In this document: positions 25,645 through 39,366 of the stretch, piece by piece
Position numbering within the stretch: position 1 is the stretch's first letter
How the letters are laid out: each line of letters begins with the position of its first letter
From: Psilocybe cubensis
Lineage: Eukaryota
Length of the DNA: 64,000 nucleotides
NCBI GenBank assembly: GCA_017499595.2
Contig: CM039002.1
Location: forward strand, 62,001 to 126,000
Direction: 5' to 3'
Translations under genes and position numbers: made by a program
The notes under the pieces: generated by a model
Told to the model about the DNA's origin: nothing
Databases searched by the model: none
Seen by the model: only the letters and a program-made list of their open reading frames with translations

Positions 25645-28350
25645 ATTTATATTATATTATATATATATTATATTATTACAAAGCGTGACGCTGAATCGTA
25701 AAGACTCGTCATGCCACGCTCCGCGGTGGCCCACTAAAACAAGTTTGCCGTGTTCGGCCACCTACATACCCCACGCGATGCCCCAAACAGAACAGAATAC
25801 ACCTCCTATGTGTATCGACCAAAGACTGTCTCTCCAACTGCTTTTTCCAAACTCTGCTGTTCCAATACAATCTATGAAGTTTTGGATATCACTACGGTAT
25901 GCCTTATGAAATTTTCCTATGTTACGCTAAACTGATTTTCTCCATCTGGGATTCGCTCCAACAGTCATGGTTCCGCAACTGGTTCTGGCTTCTCCAATAC
26001 ATACGGAGATGTATAGAGACCCTGAGTGGCATGTGTCGAAGAGAGACTTTTGGATTAATCGACTTACAATAAGACGGCCTCGGGAGTGCTTCGGGAGGCC
26101 ATTCACAAGAAGCTTACTTGGAGCCTATGCAATGATTATAGACATGAATTTCGGTAGATCATGAATCCAGCACGGCTGACCTTGTCGGTGATGATACGTC
26201 CATGACCAGTATTCTCCACAGGTCCTGCATCACTCGGAATAAGCCTCTAACCGTTGGTGAGCAAATTGTTGTTTCGATGAGCAGTGTACAGTGTTTTCAT
26301 ACCTAAGGGGACCACGGTTCCTCACCGCTTTCCAGAGCATAGTATCCTGAAGTAAGACGTAGCTATATACAGATATTGATGGACAAGTAAAGGACATCCT
26401 CGACGTCATTCTTGACAATGCCAGAGTACTAGAGGGTGAGAGAAGAGAAACAACTTACCTATGGTGGACTAAACTATGTACAGGTGTGTCCGTCTTATAT
26501 ATCAATGTGTGTGTGTGTCTCGCTGTCAATGACTCAGTTTCCGCAGCTTGATTGTGTGCATGGACGTTATGGACTTGTCAGTCCGTCTGTAAATTAGGTG
26601 TTGGCTAAAATGAGAAACCAGATATACACACGCACATCTACATCGCCCAGTAAGACGAGTGGAGTTCTTGGTGTGAGGAAACTAGGCGCCGTCATTACAC
26701 AAGGAGGATCGCTGGTGTGGCAATTCAATTTAAACAATCTATAAGCAATATGGGTCAGGGACTTGACGTAAAGTATCAGACAGAACACACCACAGGCAAT
26801 GTTATAAATCAAGGGATTTTCCAATTTTGTATAATCTCTGCTAACATTTATCGGATTCTAACCAGGGTGCAGAGTTATCTGACCTGACCACAGTCGATAA
26901 GTAACTAACGGTGAAGTCTTTCAATCGGAGATTGAACGATCTCGATTTGTGGCTGTGCCCGTGGGAGACCCGTTTGAACCTTGCACTTTGTGTGCACTTT
27001 GTGTGCACTTTGTGCCGACGGGCGATGGAGAATCTTCGACAAGGCTCATTCAAGATCATAGCTCACTACGCTCTACTCCGCTTATTTTTACTACAGTGTT
27101 CTATTACATCCTCCCTCGCACCCCTTTCCCCCAACATTCAACTCAATCAAGACAGGCCTAGCAGACGGTTTTTTGTCCGGCAACGCGTGCGTTCAAAAGC
27201 CATTGCAACAGACGGAGAACTAAAAGAGTTATAGGCAGGGTAGCGATCGGTCTGAGTAGACCTTGCATGAAGGGAGTGTACATGTCCGAAAGAGTTTAAG
27301 GAGATACTTCTGTCACCGGTGCGTTGAGTCTGGTATACGACCGATTTGCTGAGATTCTGTCCTTGCCGCAGATTTACAAGTCGTCGATCTCGATCTGGGT
27401 TCTTACCTACCCTATTTTTGACGAGAACTATTTCTACGTGCCCCTCATTACCTCGTTCAAGAACTCCGTGGAGATTGGGCCTTACTTCAGACAGCCACTC
27501 GCACGCCCATACATAACGCGCTGTGCACATCCATCCCCACGGTCTGCAAGTCAAAGACGTTCAAATTTCTCATGATGCAAGTTGCGTTGCGTAAACGGTG
27601 AGTACCGTATGATTACACTTGACCCTGGCTACAGTGTCTCTGCGTCTCCATCACACCGTTCCCCACCCTCCCCCTTCCTTCCCCTCGTGATTGAGACAAT
27701 AAATATGGCCTCCACCCATGCACCCGATACATAGCTTGTTTCTGCGCCTGTCGTGCAGCGAGTTTGAGCCACACCTCTCTTTATTATCATCTCAAACATT
27801 CCCTCCCGTTCAGTCTAATCATGTGTTCTACCGTTTGCCGGCAAGGTCAATTTCCTCGCATATACGCATTGCCGCATTGTACTAGGGATTCCTCCTGTCG
27901 CGTAGATATTCTAAGGTATGCATCATTACTTATCGGTCGACGCTCACTGATGTTGGTACGATATACTAAAGATACTGTCATCAAACAGCGCCGCCGCTCA
28001 GGAACAAGTCGAGTCTATGCGCAGTCACCATATCCAGTTGAGCATTCATACGGGCGCACGCCGGAAGCTCGAGGCAACGCTAACGGGAACTCGGTGGCGC
28101 TTGTCTGAAAATGGTTTTTCTTTCAAGTACATGTTACGAGTAAGCAACCCTGCGTTATGTTTATTTCATTTACACAATATATCTTCCTAGGCTTTTCATT
28201 CGATTTCCCTCCATCCCCATCCGCATAGATTCGCACAGTCACCACTTCAGTTGCAAAGTATAAAGTAGGATAAACAAAGTGCTCGCATCTAAAAGATATC
28301 AAGCTAATTACTTACTAATTATCAAATAACTACGCTACACATGGGAGGCT

Positions 28351-28520
28351 TCATTCATTCATTCATTCATTCATTTATCAATCGGGACATTCTTTTTCGT
28401 TATTTTCTTTTTTTTGGATTCTTTCATAGGATTCTGCTACTACAACTACACAGTCATAGTCATAGTCAAAATCAGTCAAAATCATAGTCAAAGTCAAAAT
28501 TAAAGCTAAAGTTAAAGTCG
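28351..28520. repeat. Microsatellites: (TCAT)n and degenerate hexamer (TCATAG/TCAAAA)n
   Basis: tcattcattcattcattcattcat at 28351-28374; gtcatagtcatagtcaaaatcagtcaaaatcatagtcaaagtcaaaa at about 28453-28500. Confidence 0.9.
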
Positions 28521-29099
28521 ACACTCGAAATCCATAACTTTACAGTTGGAGAGTAACGACAACAATAACCAGCGCCTCTACGTACGATGCCAATCATGGG
28601 TGGGGTAATTGGAATCCCAGGCATTGATTTAGATTCGAAGACATATCTTGGGCCATCTACACTGTACACCGAATCACCGTCACATTAACGTGGCTAACGG
28701 TTGGTTTATTGACCTTCCATGTTGCTTCGATGTCCACGTCCAGCCCTCGTTTGCTACAGCGACATACGTCAGTTATACCTTTTAAACGCCTCCGCTCTCC
28801 GTTCTACACCGCATTCCCATATACGAGTATACTCGACTCGTTTCAACTATGCTTTCGCGAATAGGGTGAGTATTACGATCTTTGATACTAGATCCTTCAC
28901 TGCTCTAGACTCTGGTCGAGCCATCCGCGATGCGCAATACCCCTGAATCAACAATGCTCCCCCTGTACTTATATCACATTCCATATGGCTGCATTTTCGG
29001 TCTGGACAATGGATCAGGTGGAACAATAAAATGATCATCCGTCCTGAGGTGAACCGGGGACGGTTAATAAGTACTTTTTTGTCACTCAACGAAGCAATC

Positions 29100-32000
29100 C
29101 AATCACACCGCGCGCAAATCGATACAAATAACGACAGATCGATAAGATAAATATACAGAAATACACTGTTTGACGATTCCTATTCCCCTATCCTTGACCC
29201 TTTTGCCTTTCAACGCATAACCTGCAACCACTGGCATCAGACCCTCAGACTTCGAGAGATACGAAATCAAATATATACCTTCAAACATTACCTAACGAGT
29301 CGCTTATCCCTGCTCGACGGGCGTGAACCCGGAGCATTCAAGTTGTTGCTTGTGGTGTTGTGCTTGAACAAGTATGTTTGATACTCATATCTCTCCATGT
29401 GGAGGTAGGACTGTGCTTGCTCTACAGAATCTCATGAGCACAGAATAAACAAAAAAGGTGTACAAATCCATACTAGGAATCTGAAGTCCTATCCTATGAT
29501 ACCCAATCCATCAGCCGCACCTTGACCGGGCGTGACATTTGAAGAACTAGGAATGTTGAGGGACATTGAGTTCTTGAATGTGAAGAGAAAGAGAGAATTT
29601 CAACCTTTAATGTGATTGTTAGCAGTGAGCTGCAACTAACATTTTAGGTGAATAATGCTTACTGAAAAACACTCGCATCGCGGTCTCTGTAGTCTCCCAA
29701 TATTCGAACGTGGCATGGATCCCTTGGTGCATATTCGTGCTGGATTTCGGGATGGATACGGAACATAAGGTGTCGGACTCGCTTGGCCCGTGGATCTGTC
29801 TGGGATGACATCAATACGTGGTTCTGTAAATGATAAATTTTGTGAACAAAGGTAGAGGTTGAAAATGTCAAACGATACAAATCGTACCATGACCACCAAC
29901 GTGAAATCCGTTGCCTATGATGATGAAGCGACGGAGTAGACTCTGAACATGACCACCTCCTTCGAAATCATCCAATCCATTTGGAGGTACACGGTAGCTG
30001 TTTATTCCTGTAAACAATTAGTATCAATGTTAGATCAAAGCACATATAGTCCGAATCATGATTACGAGCTCACCAGTGATATCGAATTGATTAGCTCGAT
30101 TCATACCCTGACTAAGGGCCACCGTTGCATTATAAGAGATGTCAGAGGGCGACATCGAGTACTGAGTACTTGAATGTGAAGAGAAAGCGAGAGGCTCTGA
30201 TGCGAAGCTGGGTATTGGGAATCTGGGTAACGGGCAAAAGTGAGCAATTGGAGGAGGAGGATGGAGAGTGGGATCTCTTTATAAGATGAGAACAAAGAGC
30301 GCAATTAGGGCCGGTGGGGAGAAGCGTCTTTCACCGCTGGCTTTTGTCTGTGGGAATGTGTGATAGCGGTATCTTTATTGTCAAATCGTTAAACTTTTCT
30401 TTGAATCCTATTGCGTTGGGCGGGACGAGACAGGATCCCAGATGATAACCTCAAAGTAAACAAATCCAATATCACCTCCAATCATACTACTTTGAACTCC
30501 AATTTCCCTATTTCTCCGGGATATGTTGCGCAGGTGTATATTATGGACTACATTGTAACCACAATGTACAATGTACGATATATGGTGTTTTCTACGACGG
30601 GTAGATCAGCGGATAAACAAAGGATCTTTTGTCCCGCTGAATACTTAGGCCGATAGTTTTGCAGTCATTTCTTTGAATCTAGTAATGGTAAGCAAAATCA
30701 CACGCTCACCGAGATGTTACCTGGAACCAACCTCAAAAATTGTCATAACGAAATTACGAATCGAAATGCATTCTATACGAAGATGCGAATGATGAGAGCA
30801 GCGGTTCGGAGAATCGAGATGCAGGTTAACCATTGCCAGGGATGTGGCAGCTCTCTCTTCACATCGGACCTTCTACTCATCTCTCTGTGTTTATATTCAT
30901 GAAGCAGTGTTGTTTGGGACATATGTAAATTACGAGGTCTGGTATTTCTCTATCTCAAGTGATTTATTCAACAAAGTGTTTTTTAACCCGTTTCTAACAG
31001 TTTCTAATGCATAGTAACCATATTCATTTTTTCTCATACTACCAGGTGAAGCTTGCCGATTGCGCCGCGACCAAATCGATACAAATTAAATAGATCCACC
31101 GATAAGATAAATACATTTTCCCATCCGTCCAACGTTGAAACGTTGTTCCAACATTTCCCAACCGGTTTTGAACCAATCTCCACTAATATCACAGCGACTG
31201 GGAAGCAACAAGGTGCCTAAATCAGTTCGTCGTTTGTAGATATGTGATTGGAGTGCTTACTTATCGCTTCATTGTTGCGTGTCTGGCCTCATTCCTTTGT
31301 ACACCATTCTTCCATGATAGAGGTCTATACGCACTATTTTCTCAGCGCGTTTGACCCCTCGACTAGCGTCCTTGTTGCACACACCGGCCACTTTTCAGGG
31401 TGCCCGACTGAAACTCATGCACAAACATGTTAAATTGAGACTCGGTATGTGATTTTTCAAATACACGCACCTTCTACGTCCTTGCGCATTTTGAGATTTG
31501 GATCTGCGACCATTTGCATCAGTCCCTCAACCTTCGAGAGATAGGACTTCGAAAAATACCTTCGAGCACTAGTTGATCCAGTAATCCCTTTCGGATTCTG
31601 CTCAACGGGTGTACACCCGGAGCATCTTGCTTCGTTGTGTCCTCCATGCTCGGAGTTTGCTTTTTGAATTCCTTTCTCTCCAACGTTAGACTGGGCAAAG
31701 TTGAATTTCTATGAAGAATGTGCGCACCTCCCATGAATGCCATACCGTCCTCCCTGAGGTGAGATTGTGCCGCATCATCCAAGGGGACATCGCTGTGGCG
31801 CTGTGTTCCTCCCTGGAGATAATTAATGCCCCCCTGGGGTCGGGGAATTGCATTGACGTCCGGGATACGTAGAAAAGACGAAGATATCCATACCAGGCGC
31901 AATAAATCCTTGTATCATGAGTTGGAATAGTGGGTTTTGAAAACCTCCTTTGAAATTGCTCAATTCGTTTAGAGATGCACGGTAGCCCTGTATTCCAACT

Positions 32001-32420
32001 GACATTATCAAAGTTAGGCTAATGGACCTTTAGTGATGGTTACGATCGCACCACTGATATAAATCCCATTATATTCGCTCTGACTGGAAAAATCAAAGAG
32101 GTTGGACATCGACATTGCGTACTTGAATGTGAAGAGAAAGAGAGGGTCCAGAGGCGTACTGAGACGAAACATGGCAATGGGTCAAGGTGAGAAAATTGAG
32201 GGGGAACAATGGATATCCAGATCTTTATAAAATGAGAACACCAGTTGGACACGCCTTATTCGATTCATCTCTCGATTCTGGCTGTGGGAAACAGTGATAA
32301 CGGTATCTTTTGATGTTAGATTACCACGCCTCTTAGTCCCCTCTCCGATTTCAATGGATGGGATAAGAATGCGGATGCTAGATGTTGACCACAAGGTATA
32401 GGTCATGAGGGATGATTCTG
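29100..32420 (-). pseudogene. Family X, strongly decayed copies (29.1-30.6 kb and 31.05-32.4 kb)
   Basis: 3' block at 29100-29155 and 31050-31112; TCTTTATAA TATA at about 30275 and 32222; (G/T)CTGTGGGAA and CTCAA(G/A)GT-like upstream motifs recur. Confidence 0.45.
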
Positions 32421-35062
32421 GTTGGTAGCGGGACCAGAATTGTGGTATCACTCTCCGTTTCACATTGACCACAAGGTTTGAAGTGTACGTGATTCTGCTC
32501 CCTTCAGTGACGGTACTGTTGTAGAAAACTATCTACACAGAGATCATCAAGCACAGTCCTGCGACGTTAAATGGTGCTAACTGGAGGGCAGAAAGCCTGG
32601 ACATCGCTACCCGCCGCCCGGTCATCCATCGTATTTGCGAATATCGAATGTCTTTGGCTCACATGAAGGATGTTACTTACCCTGTGCGACATATACAACA
32701 GCGTTGTCCGTGTACGTCGCGATTTAATTTCCACATACCAACACTATCCATCATCGATCCGGTATGAGCTCACATCCAACACTTGTGCCACACTTTATAG
32801 CTCACCGACTTATCCACCTCCACGCAGCACACGAACCCCAAACACCCGTCCGCTCCTAATTCATAATGCAACTTTTCGTTTCCTCAAGGATGCAAGTAAT
32901 CGGTTGAGCTCTTCTACAAGTGTCGGACGCACCATGTACCTTGTTTAACGCTGTTAAACCCGACACCTACCTCTATTTTGACCACTCGCAACCAATGATC
33001 CTCCCTTGGGACTCTGCACAAATGCATTGAACAAGAATGCGAGGGTTCAAACGGTATTCACATATTCCGTGCGCAGGAACTTTCAAAACCAGCGCAAAAC
33101 TCACAGAGAATTTCTTATCTCCTCCTCGATGACAACGGTCAACCATATCTCGCGTTCCAAGGTTTTCGGCGAAAAGGATAGCATATATCTGAACAGTCTT
33201 TGAATACTCGGCCTTTGGGTTGCAGGCAGAGGGTGATGTAAGAGAAAAGGACACCTTACCGCTTCAGTTTCAAAACCAGAAGAAACGGCAGGCATAAAAA
33301 AGTCGCGAACGAGATTTCTTCAAAAAAGCCGTGGTTTAACCATCCGGCAATCGGTTGTTCTTCATTTATTCATCCGTTCCGCATGGCGACCCCCCATTTT
33401 CCGAGGCCAGCGCCCATCAACTAATGGCCGGTTTTCGAGAACCAGATCGAGCGCATTGTAACCATGGAGCAGATGGAAAGTTACTTCCTGCGTGGCGCTG
33501 CCTCGGACATAGGGAAGAAAGATGGGTAGTCAGTCACATAAGTAGGGGAGCGAGTGGCGGGGTGAACGCGAGCTTGAGGGTATTGTGTTCGCGTGAATGT
33601 CAATGACGTGGTTGTGGAGAGTTGTCAAGATCTATATTTTTGGAAGGCGGGATCAGGGAGGATAAGACGGTTGTGCGAGATAACCTAACTCACCAGTACT
33701 GATATAACCGCAAATTCAACCGAGCGGGTAAAGTGGTGCTTGGCGTCCATGTCGAGTTTGATGTTGTACTCCTTCATCTCCCATAATCACGAACGGGGTA
33801 GCATATAACGCACAAATTTCGGTATAAATGTATATAGAGAATAGCATAAAGAGCTTGAGACAGCGTAACTGACAATTTCCACTGCACTGGAGAGCAGACG
33901 TTTGTCATCAAATACAACGCAGACAGCACACCAACTGTCATATATATCTATATGGCCCTGGTGTAGCTGCAGTAGCGTCGATGTTGAGTGTGTGCCAGAG
34001 CAGAGGTAAATCGGAAAAATAAGGGTCATAGCGATAGCGAGGTGGTGTGAGAGGGGTCGCAGGTCTCCTCGAGAGTCTGCTATGTGCCAAAGCGAAAAAG
34101 AAAGGAAAGAAAAAAACAAGCGAGGCACTCACCTAGTTGCTCCTGCTCCACCATTCCTCAACCTGTATATCCCTCATCCCCGCCAACTGGTCACACGTTT
34201 CTGATGTTCTGAAATTTTTTCGTTCTGGTTCGAGTGGCTGGGGAAGAGATTCCGATGGTGGTGGGGGACAAGTATCGCGTTGTTTGTCCTTGCTGTTGTC
34301 AAGGTCATTCAAACTCCGCTTTGACTCCTGACACCCACGCACCGCACGGTGACCTTGCTACCCCCTCTCAACTGTTTGCTCAAGAAATATGGATGTCAAA
34401 GTAAATATTTCTGCCGCGTAAAGTCAGTAATGAAAGTTATCGAGACTCTTGTGCCAGTTCAAAAGGGGTTACTGTAGAACCGGAGAGTGCGGGCACGACT
34501 CGGAACAAGGCGGGATAATTGGGCTGGTGAGCGTATTGCTTAAAGACTCTTGCCTTGCTTTCTCCCACCACTTATAACCAAGTGGAACATTTCATGAAAC
34601 TGGAAAACTTCTTTTGTGAGTTTTGTAGCAGGAGGTTACTTGTGAAACACATGTTGAACGCGAGTGTTTCTGGACCGAGCATGTTTATTGCGGGTATTCA
34701 GGATCCAGATATAAGCGACGCACCAGCGCAGCAGCACAGAAGCCGGTCAGGTAGTGTTTGGTGATGGCGAGGCGGTCTGGACCAGGAGATATACGAGACG
34801 ACGAGGTATGTGGACTTATTTTGGGATGTGCTGTGTTGTAAGCATTTGGGATGACACACGAGTAGAGTCTACAGCGAGTGTGGAGTGCAAGATTAGGGGG
34901 GGAGGGTAATTCTTGCATGTGAAACAGTTTTACGCTGCATATATATGTTTTCAAAAGTTGTTCATGAGATGTTATTCCATGAAACGATACAGGCGCTGTT
35001 TTCTCGCTCTATGTGTATAAAGACATTCTTAGGATCTCACTATATTACGGCTTTGCACAAGA

Positions 35063-35688
35063 TTACACCCAATTGACGTTGTAAACTCCAACAACCAAAT
35101 CCCCATTCCCAAACGCTGCATCGGCGCCTACAACGGATTAAGTATCAGCCCAAATTATAGAAGGATTTTGTAGACGCAACCTACCACCAACTCTTCCATT
35201 GCCATCCACACAGTTCGTGAATATCCACTGGACAGCGTACGACACGTCCACGCAAGGCGAAGATGCCGCACCGGCCGTTTGGTGGAGGTTCGACCCGCCG
35301 ATAGACGCGTCGCCTGCGGTGCAGAATACGACGTTGTCCCCTGGAACGGTGCATGCGTTGTTGGGGATGCTCGCGAGGTAATTATAGCATGCTATGGTGT
35401 TGGAGATGTCTGCTGTGGTAAAAGTGAAGCTGTTTATGGTGACATTAGTTATTGATTCGATAGTACTTTTGTCAGAATGTACCATTCGGCGTCAAAGTTT
35501 GCGCTGCGTGCATTGAGAGACGAGTTGAATGGGGGCTTCATTGTGTAGAGATCCTTTGATGTGAGGTTGAGGGACTCTAGGGTAGGGAACCCCGGTCCTG
35601 GAATGACATCTGGATAGATGGTTGGACTAGACTGGACGAAGGTAATGGTAGTGGCCACAAGGGAGAAGACAGTGGTAAAGGCAAACAT
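35063..35688 (-). CDS. Small secreted cysteine-rich protein (171 aa, 3 exons), uncharacterised fungal family
   Basis: Exons 35688-35483, 35429-35185 and 35127-35063 join through canonical GT-AG introns (53 and 57 bp) to give 516 nt in frame. Hydrophobic N-terminal signal-like peptide MFAFTTVFSLVATTITFVQS, then IPGPGFPTLESLNLTSKDLY, 6 Cys, and C-terminus GADAAFGNGDLVVGVYNVNWV. TATA-like TATAAG about 45 bp upstream. Confidence 0.85.
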
Positions 35689-36299
35689 ATTGGAATACTG
35701 GTGACTCAATGTAGGCCGTTATTTGAGCTTATATGCACGCATAAGCTGCCCGCCATGAACGCATGTTGGTCATGGAAGTATAGCTAACGAAAGGTCTCAA
35801 CTCAATGTGTATGAGGCGTACGGTTTCAGCGAGATATGATCCATTATCATCGAACGTTCGGATGCTCATTTGATTTGTCAACAGTTCAAAATTTGTGCCG
35901 ATGAAGATGATATCAAAGTTCCTTTCGCGACTACAACAACATTCTGTTTATGAGGAACTCACAAGCTAGAGTTGTCAATGTTAGTCATGTTTCCCCTCAT
36001 CGTAAACCAAACAAAGTAAACAATCACATCGCAAAAATCTCCAGTCATTTATTTGGCATCAGGTGCCGAAACCAACTCTTTTTACCTTGCATAGCGAGAT
36101 TCCTCCGAGGTACTTTAATTACATAAAAGAAGTCGACAGGCACAGATGAAAATAGGCGCATGTGCTCTGTGTAGCGAGTGTATTGTGTTTATCTCAATCC
36201 ATTAACATGATATGTTGTGATATTTTCTGACCACATACCAAGAACCATTGCATTGTGACTTGAGCTGTAGCCGGAATAAATGGCCAATACGGAATCATC

Positions 36300-37080
36300 G
36301 ATTAACCTTGATACTTCAATCAATACCTAATCGACTCACAATGCACAAGGAATTTGCTCACACTCTATGTCGACCCCGGCACTTACGGAAATGGGTGATA
36401 CTTGAACATCGCTCCCTTGACTTCCGGAGGAGTCTCCTCGAGAACATTATTAGACTAGGAAAACCGGTATTCGATCCGATAAGAAACAATGCTTTATTGC
36501 AGCGAAGGGCCAGGTGGCGGAAGAATAGGGATGTGATATCACAGTGCTTCGGCGGCGTGAGGGAAGCGTAACAAGTCTTGGAAAGGGTACGACAAGTTAA
36601 TTTAGGGTTGCAATGGGTAGAGGTGGTGATATACTCTGCGGAGAGGGAAAGAGCAGGAATACAAATCATAGGAGACTCACTTGGCTGACGCACACGCGCG
36701 CATATCCAGCTCCTCTACCCACATAGTTGCCCCGCTCCTCGATAGTACCCAACACATCTGCATCAACACCCCACGCGCCAACGATAACGAAGCATGTATA
36801 AGCGCCGATATCGAGTCTCGTGAGACTTTAACGCCTGGCATTGCCCTCTTGATCTCGCCCATGTTTGATGCCTATAGCTACACAAGTCATAGTCACAGTT
36901 AAAATTAGCACTCGAAATCGAAACTTTACATTTCGAGAGTATCCAACATGTATTCCACTTTCTTTCCACTACCGTCTTGATTTGGATGTTCGCTGTATGT
37001 GGGGTAATCCCAGATTCGACGTGTGCTATGTCCCCTGAGTAAAAGCGAGACGCCAAGAAATGGTTGATAAGCCACATATC
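36300..37080 (-). pseudogene. Decayed multi-exon gene of unknown function; homologous fragments at about 2600-2950, 20130-20480 and 52900-53060
   Basis: Shared EIKR...GVDA(D)(V)LGT..YARV segment and an identically placed gtgagtct..ag intron in the 2.7, 20.2 and 36.7 kb copies; multiple stops and frameshifts. Confidence 0.4.
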
Positions 37081-37709
37081 TTATTAATGAATAACACCCA
37101 ATATCACAATTAGTCAGTGCTATCCCACCCAACACGCACCACCGACGCACCCGTAAAACGACTTAAGCGATCGTTTATGTGCTTAGCAATGCGATAAGCC
37201 ATCCTTAACATTCGCTATCTCGACATAACTGTGCATTTTGTGATGTATTATCGGTTAGCAATTGTGGCATTTTTCGGGATTACGAAAAATGACGAATTGA
37301 TTATAGGCGCCGTGCGGGAATAGGAATGGGTGGGATTGATGGACACTGGTTCAGATGCATAGGATTCCCGAATTCATAGGGAAATGGATGGAGGGAATGA
37401 TTATTGGTAAATACAACTGTGGTGACCAGAATAGGGAATAGCTGCACCGTGCACAGACGAAATGAAAGTAAAGTATTTACTAAACGAAGCGCGCCTAGAA
37501 GCATAGCTCGAACTCTAGCTTTGCTTGATTGGACACGCCTAGTATCCAATTTCACAACACGGGAGTTGTACCTTACAGACGTCGTGGTTACATGTCCCTG
37601 AACACAAGATGTGGATTAATCATCCGTGTCTTCTTGTTGTCCAATAACGGTATCAATATGACACAACTGTGGACTAGAACATACAGAACATACAAGGTTC
37701 GTTGGCGCG

Positions 37710-37717
37710 TATAAATA
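37710..37717 (+). promoter_or_regulatory. TATA box of the GST gene
   Basis: TATAAATA 85 bp upstream of the GST ATG, followed by a C/A-rich leader. Confidence 0.7.
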
Positions 37718-37794
37718 CAGGTCAAATCCAAGCAGTTGACACATATCCAAATTCCTCACCCGCAGTTTTCGAATCCCAACCCAATCAATTCAAC

Positions 37795-38702
37795 ATGGTT
37801 CTCACTCTAGTTGGCAGCACATCCTCCACTTGCTCTCTGCGCGTTGCGATGGTTCTCCACGAGAAGAAAGTCCCCTTCGAGTTCATACCCATCGACCTGG
37901 CCAAGGGCGAACACAAAGCACCCCCGTACATGGAAAAGCAGCCCTTCGGCGTCGTCCCATACATCGTACGCACGCATATAACACCAACTAAATTGACTTC
38001 TCACTCTCACACTCACCGTGCACCAACAGGACGACGACGGGTTCATTTTGTATGAAAGCCGTGCGATCTGTCATTACATCGCATCCAAGTACGCCGGACA
38101 AGGCAACGATACGTTGATCCCGTCCTCTGATCTCAAAGCCATCGCGCTGTTCCATCAAGCCGCGTCCACCGAGCTCTGCCACTTCAACGACTTTGCAGAG
38201 AAGATCGTCGTCGAGAGGGTCTTCAAGCCGTTCGTGCCGCCATTCATTGATCAATATCCAATTTAATTTCCCAATGCTAATGAACAATTATGCAGGATGA
38301 ATGGACTCGCTACGGACGAAGAGCACGTCAAGCGCCTTCTTGCGACGTTGGAGTACAAGCTCGATGCGTATGACAAGATCCTGGGAAAGCAAAAGTATCT
38401 TGCTGGAAATGTACGTATACTCCTTACCTCAACCGTGCGTTTTCTGGTTCTGATGGGTACTACAGACATTCACTTTGGCGGATTTATTCCACATTCCGTA
38501 TGGCGCCCTCCTTCCTGTTGCAGGCGCCCCTGCTCTTGATCTTGACAAGAGGCCCAATGTTGCTAGGTGAGATTCTGAAACACTGTTAACGTATTAGCAA
38601 AACCCAATGATAAATTAAAATAGGTGGTGGAAGGATATCACCTCCCGCCCTACCTGGAACGCGGTCAAGGACGGTGTTAAAGCACACACCGGCGCTTATT
38701 AA
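37795..38702 (+). CDS. Glutathione S-transferase (Phi-like fungal class), 221 aa, 5 exons
   Basis: Exons 37795-37965, 38030-38229, 38296-38410, 38466-38566 and 38624-38702 total 666 nt in frame. GST motifs: STCSLRV, KGEHK, QPFGVVPYI-DDDGFILYESRAI, YLAGNTFTLADLFHIPYG, RPNVARWWKDITSRPTW. Confidence 0.95.
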
Positions 38703-39366
38703 TCTTTCTCTGATGGTATCTTCTCCTCTTGGAGGAAGTCTGCGTACTTTCAGATGTAGATTATTTTCCCCTTGTGGCTACATATCAGTTAAACGCTCAT
38801 GAAATAGAATAGCTTACGTTATTATTCAAGACGTCAATAGGCCTCAACGAAATGTTCTTTGGAATCAAATTTTGTCTAACATCAAGAAGGTAGTGATGAT
38901 GAGAACGTGGATTATTGCAACAACGAGGAATCGTTAAGAATAAATATCCAACGAGTAATAGCCCTGTCCCACACAAGATGAGCAGCATATAGCGGATATG
39001 TGAACGTAGTACGGCGCTTGACGCACCTTCTCCGGGTCAAGCGTCATATTGTAACAGGACAAGCGAGAAATGATGCTGGTGATTTTCGGTATATGGTTCA
39101 GCTTGGATAAATACTTGGATATTGCGATGCATGAAAAATGCGATAACAATGTCAGTGCTAGTCAGTGTCTTCGAGCGGACATTGAAGGTCTTTGGCTCAG
39201 AATCTGAGCCTAGATGCGCGCTTTTCCTGTGCACCGCCATTTAATTATCCACATTCCTGAGCGTGTATGTAGATTAGGAGACTATCTCAAGCGATATATT
39301 CGAAGGTTTTTTTAAAATCTGTTTCTAATAGGAACCATATTCATTTTTTTCTCACACTCGGTACAA

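Larger units (their letters stand above)
20741..25743 (+). mobile_element. Non-autonomous Helentron/Helitron2-like rolling-circle element (about 5.0 kb) with cargo genes
   Basis: Absent from the paralogous site at 3190-3214 (GCCGTGTTG-TTT-GGCGTGTTCGGCC); inserted in a T run with no long TSD. 13-bp asymmetric inverted repeats ACGAGTCTTTACG (20743-20755) and CGTAAAGACTCGT (25697-25709). 5' hairpin TCTTTAC-gtaa-GTAAAGA (20748-20765); 3' GC stem-loop GCCACGC-tcc-GCGGTGGC (25713-25730). No RepHel ORF seen. Confidence 0.8.
16270..28110 (+). repeat. Segmental duplication unit, copy B (hosts the Helentron-like insertion)
   Basis: Colinear with 49485-57755 and with 1-5000; an older diverged partial copy lies at about 8000-11600. 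Confidence 0.9.

Noticed and set aside
27147-27554. 135-aa minus-strand ORF also open at 56810-57214
   Set aside because: The copies are too similar for ORF retention to be informative, the third copy (about 4680-4990) is disrupted, and there are no recognisable motifs.
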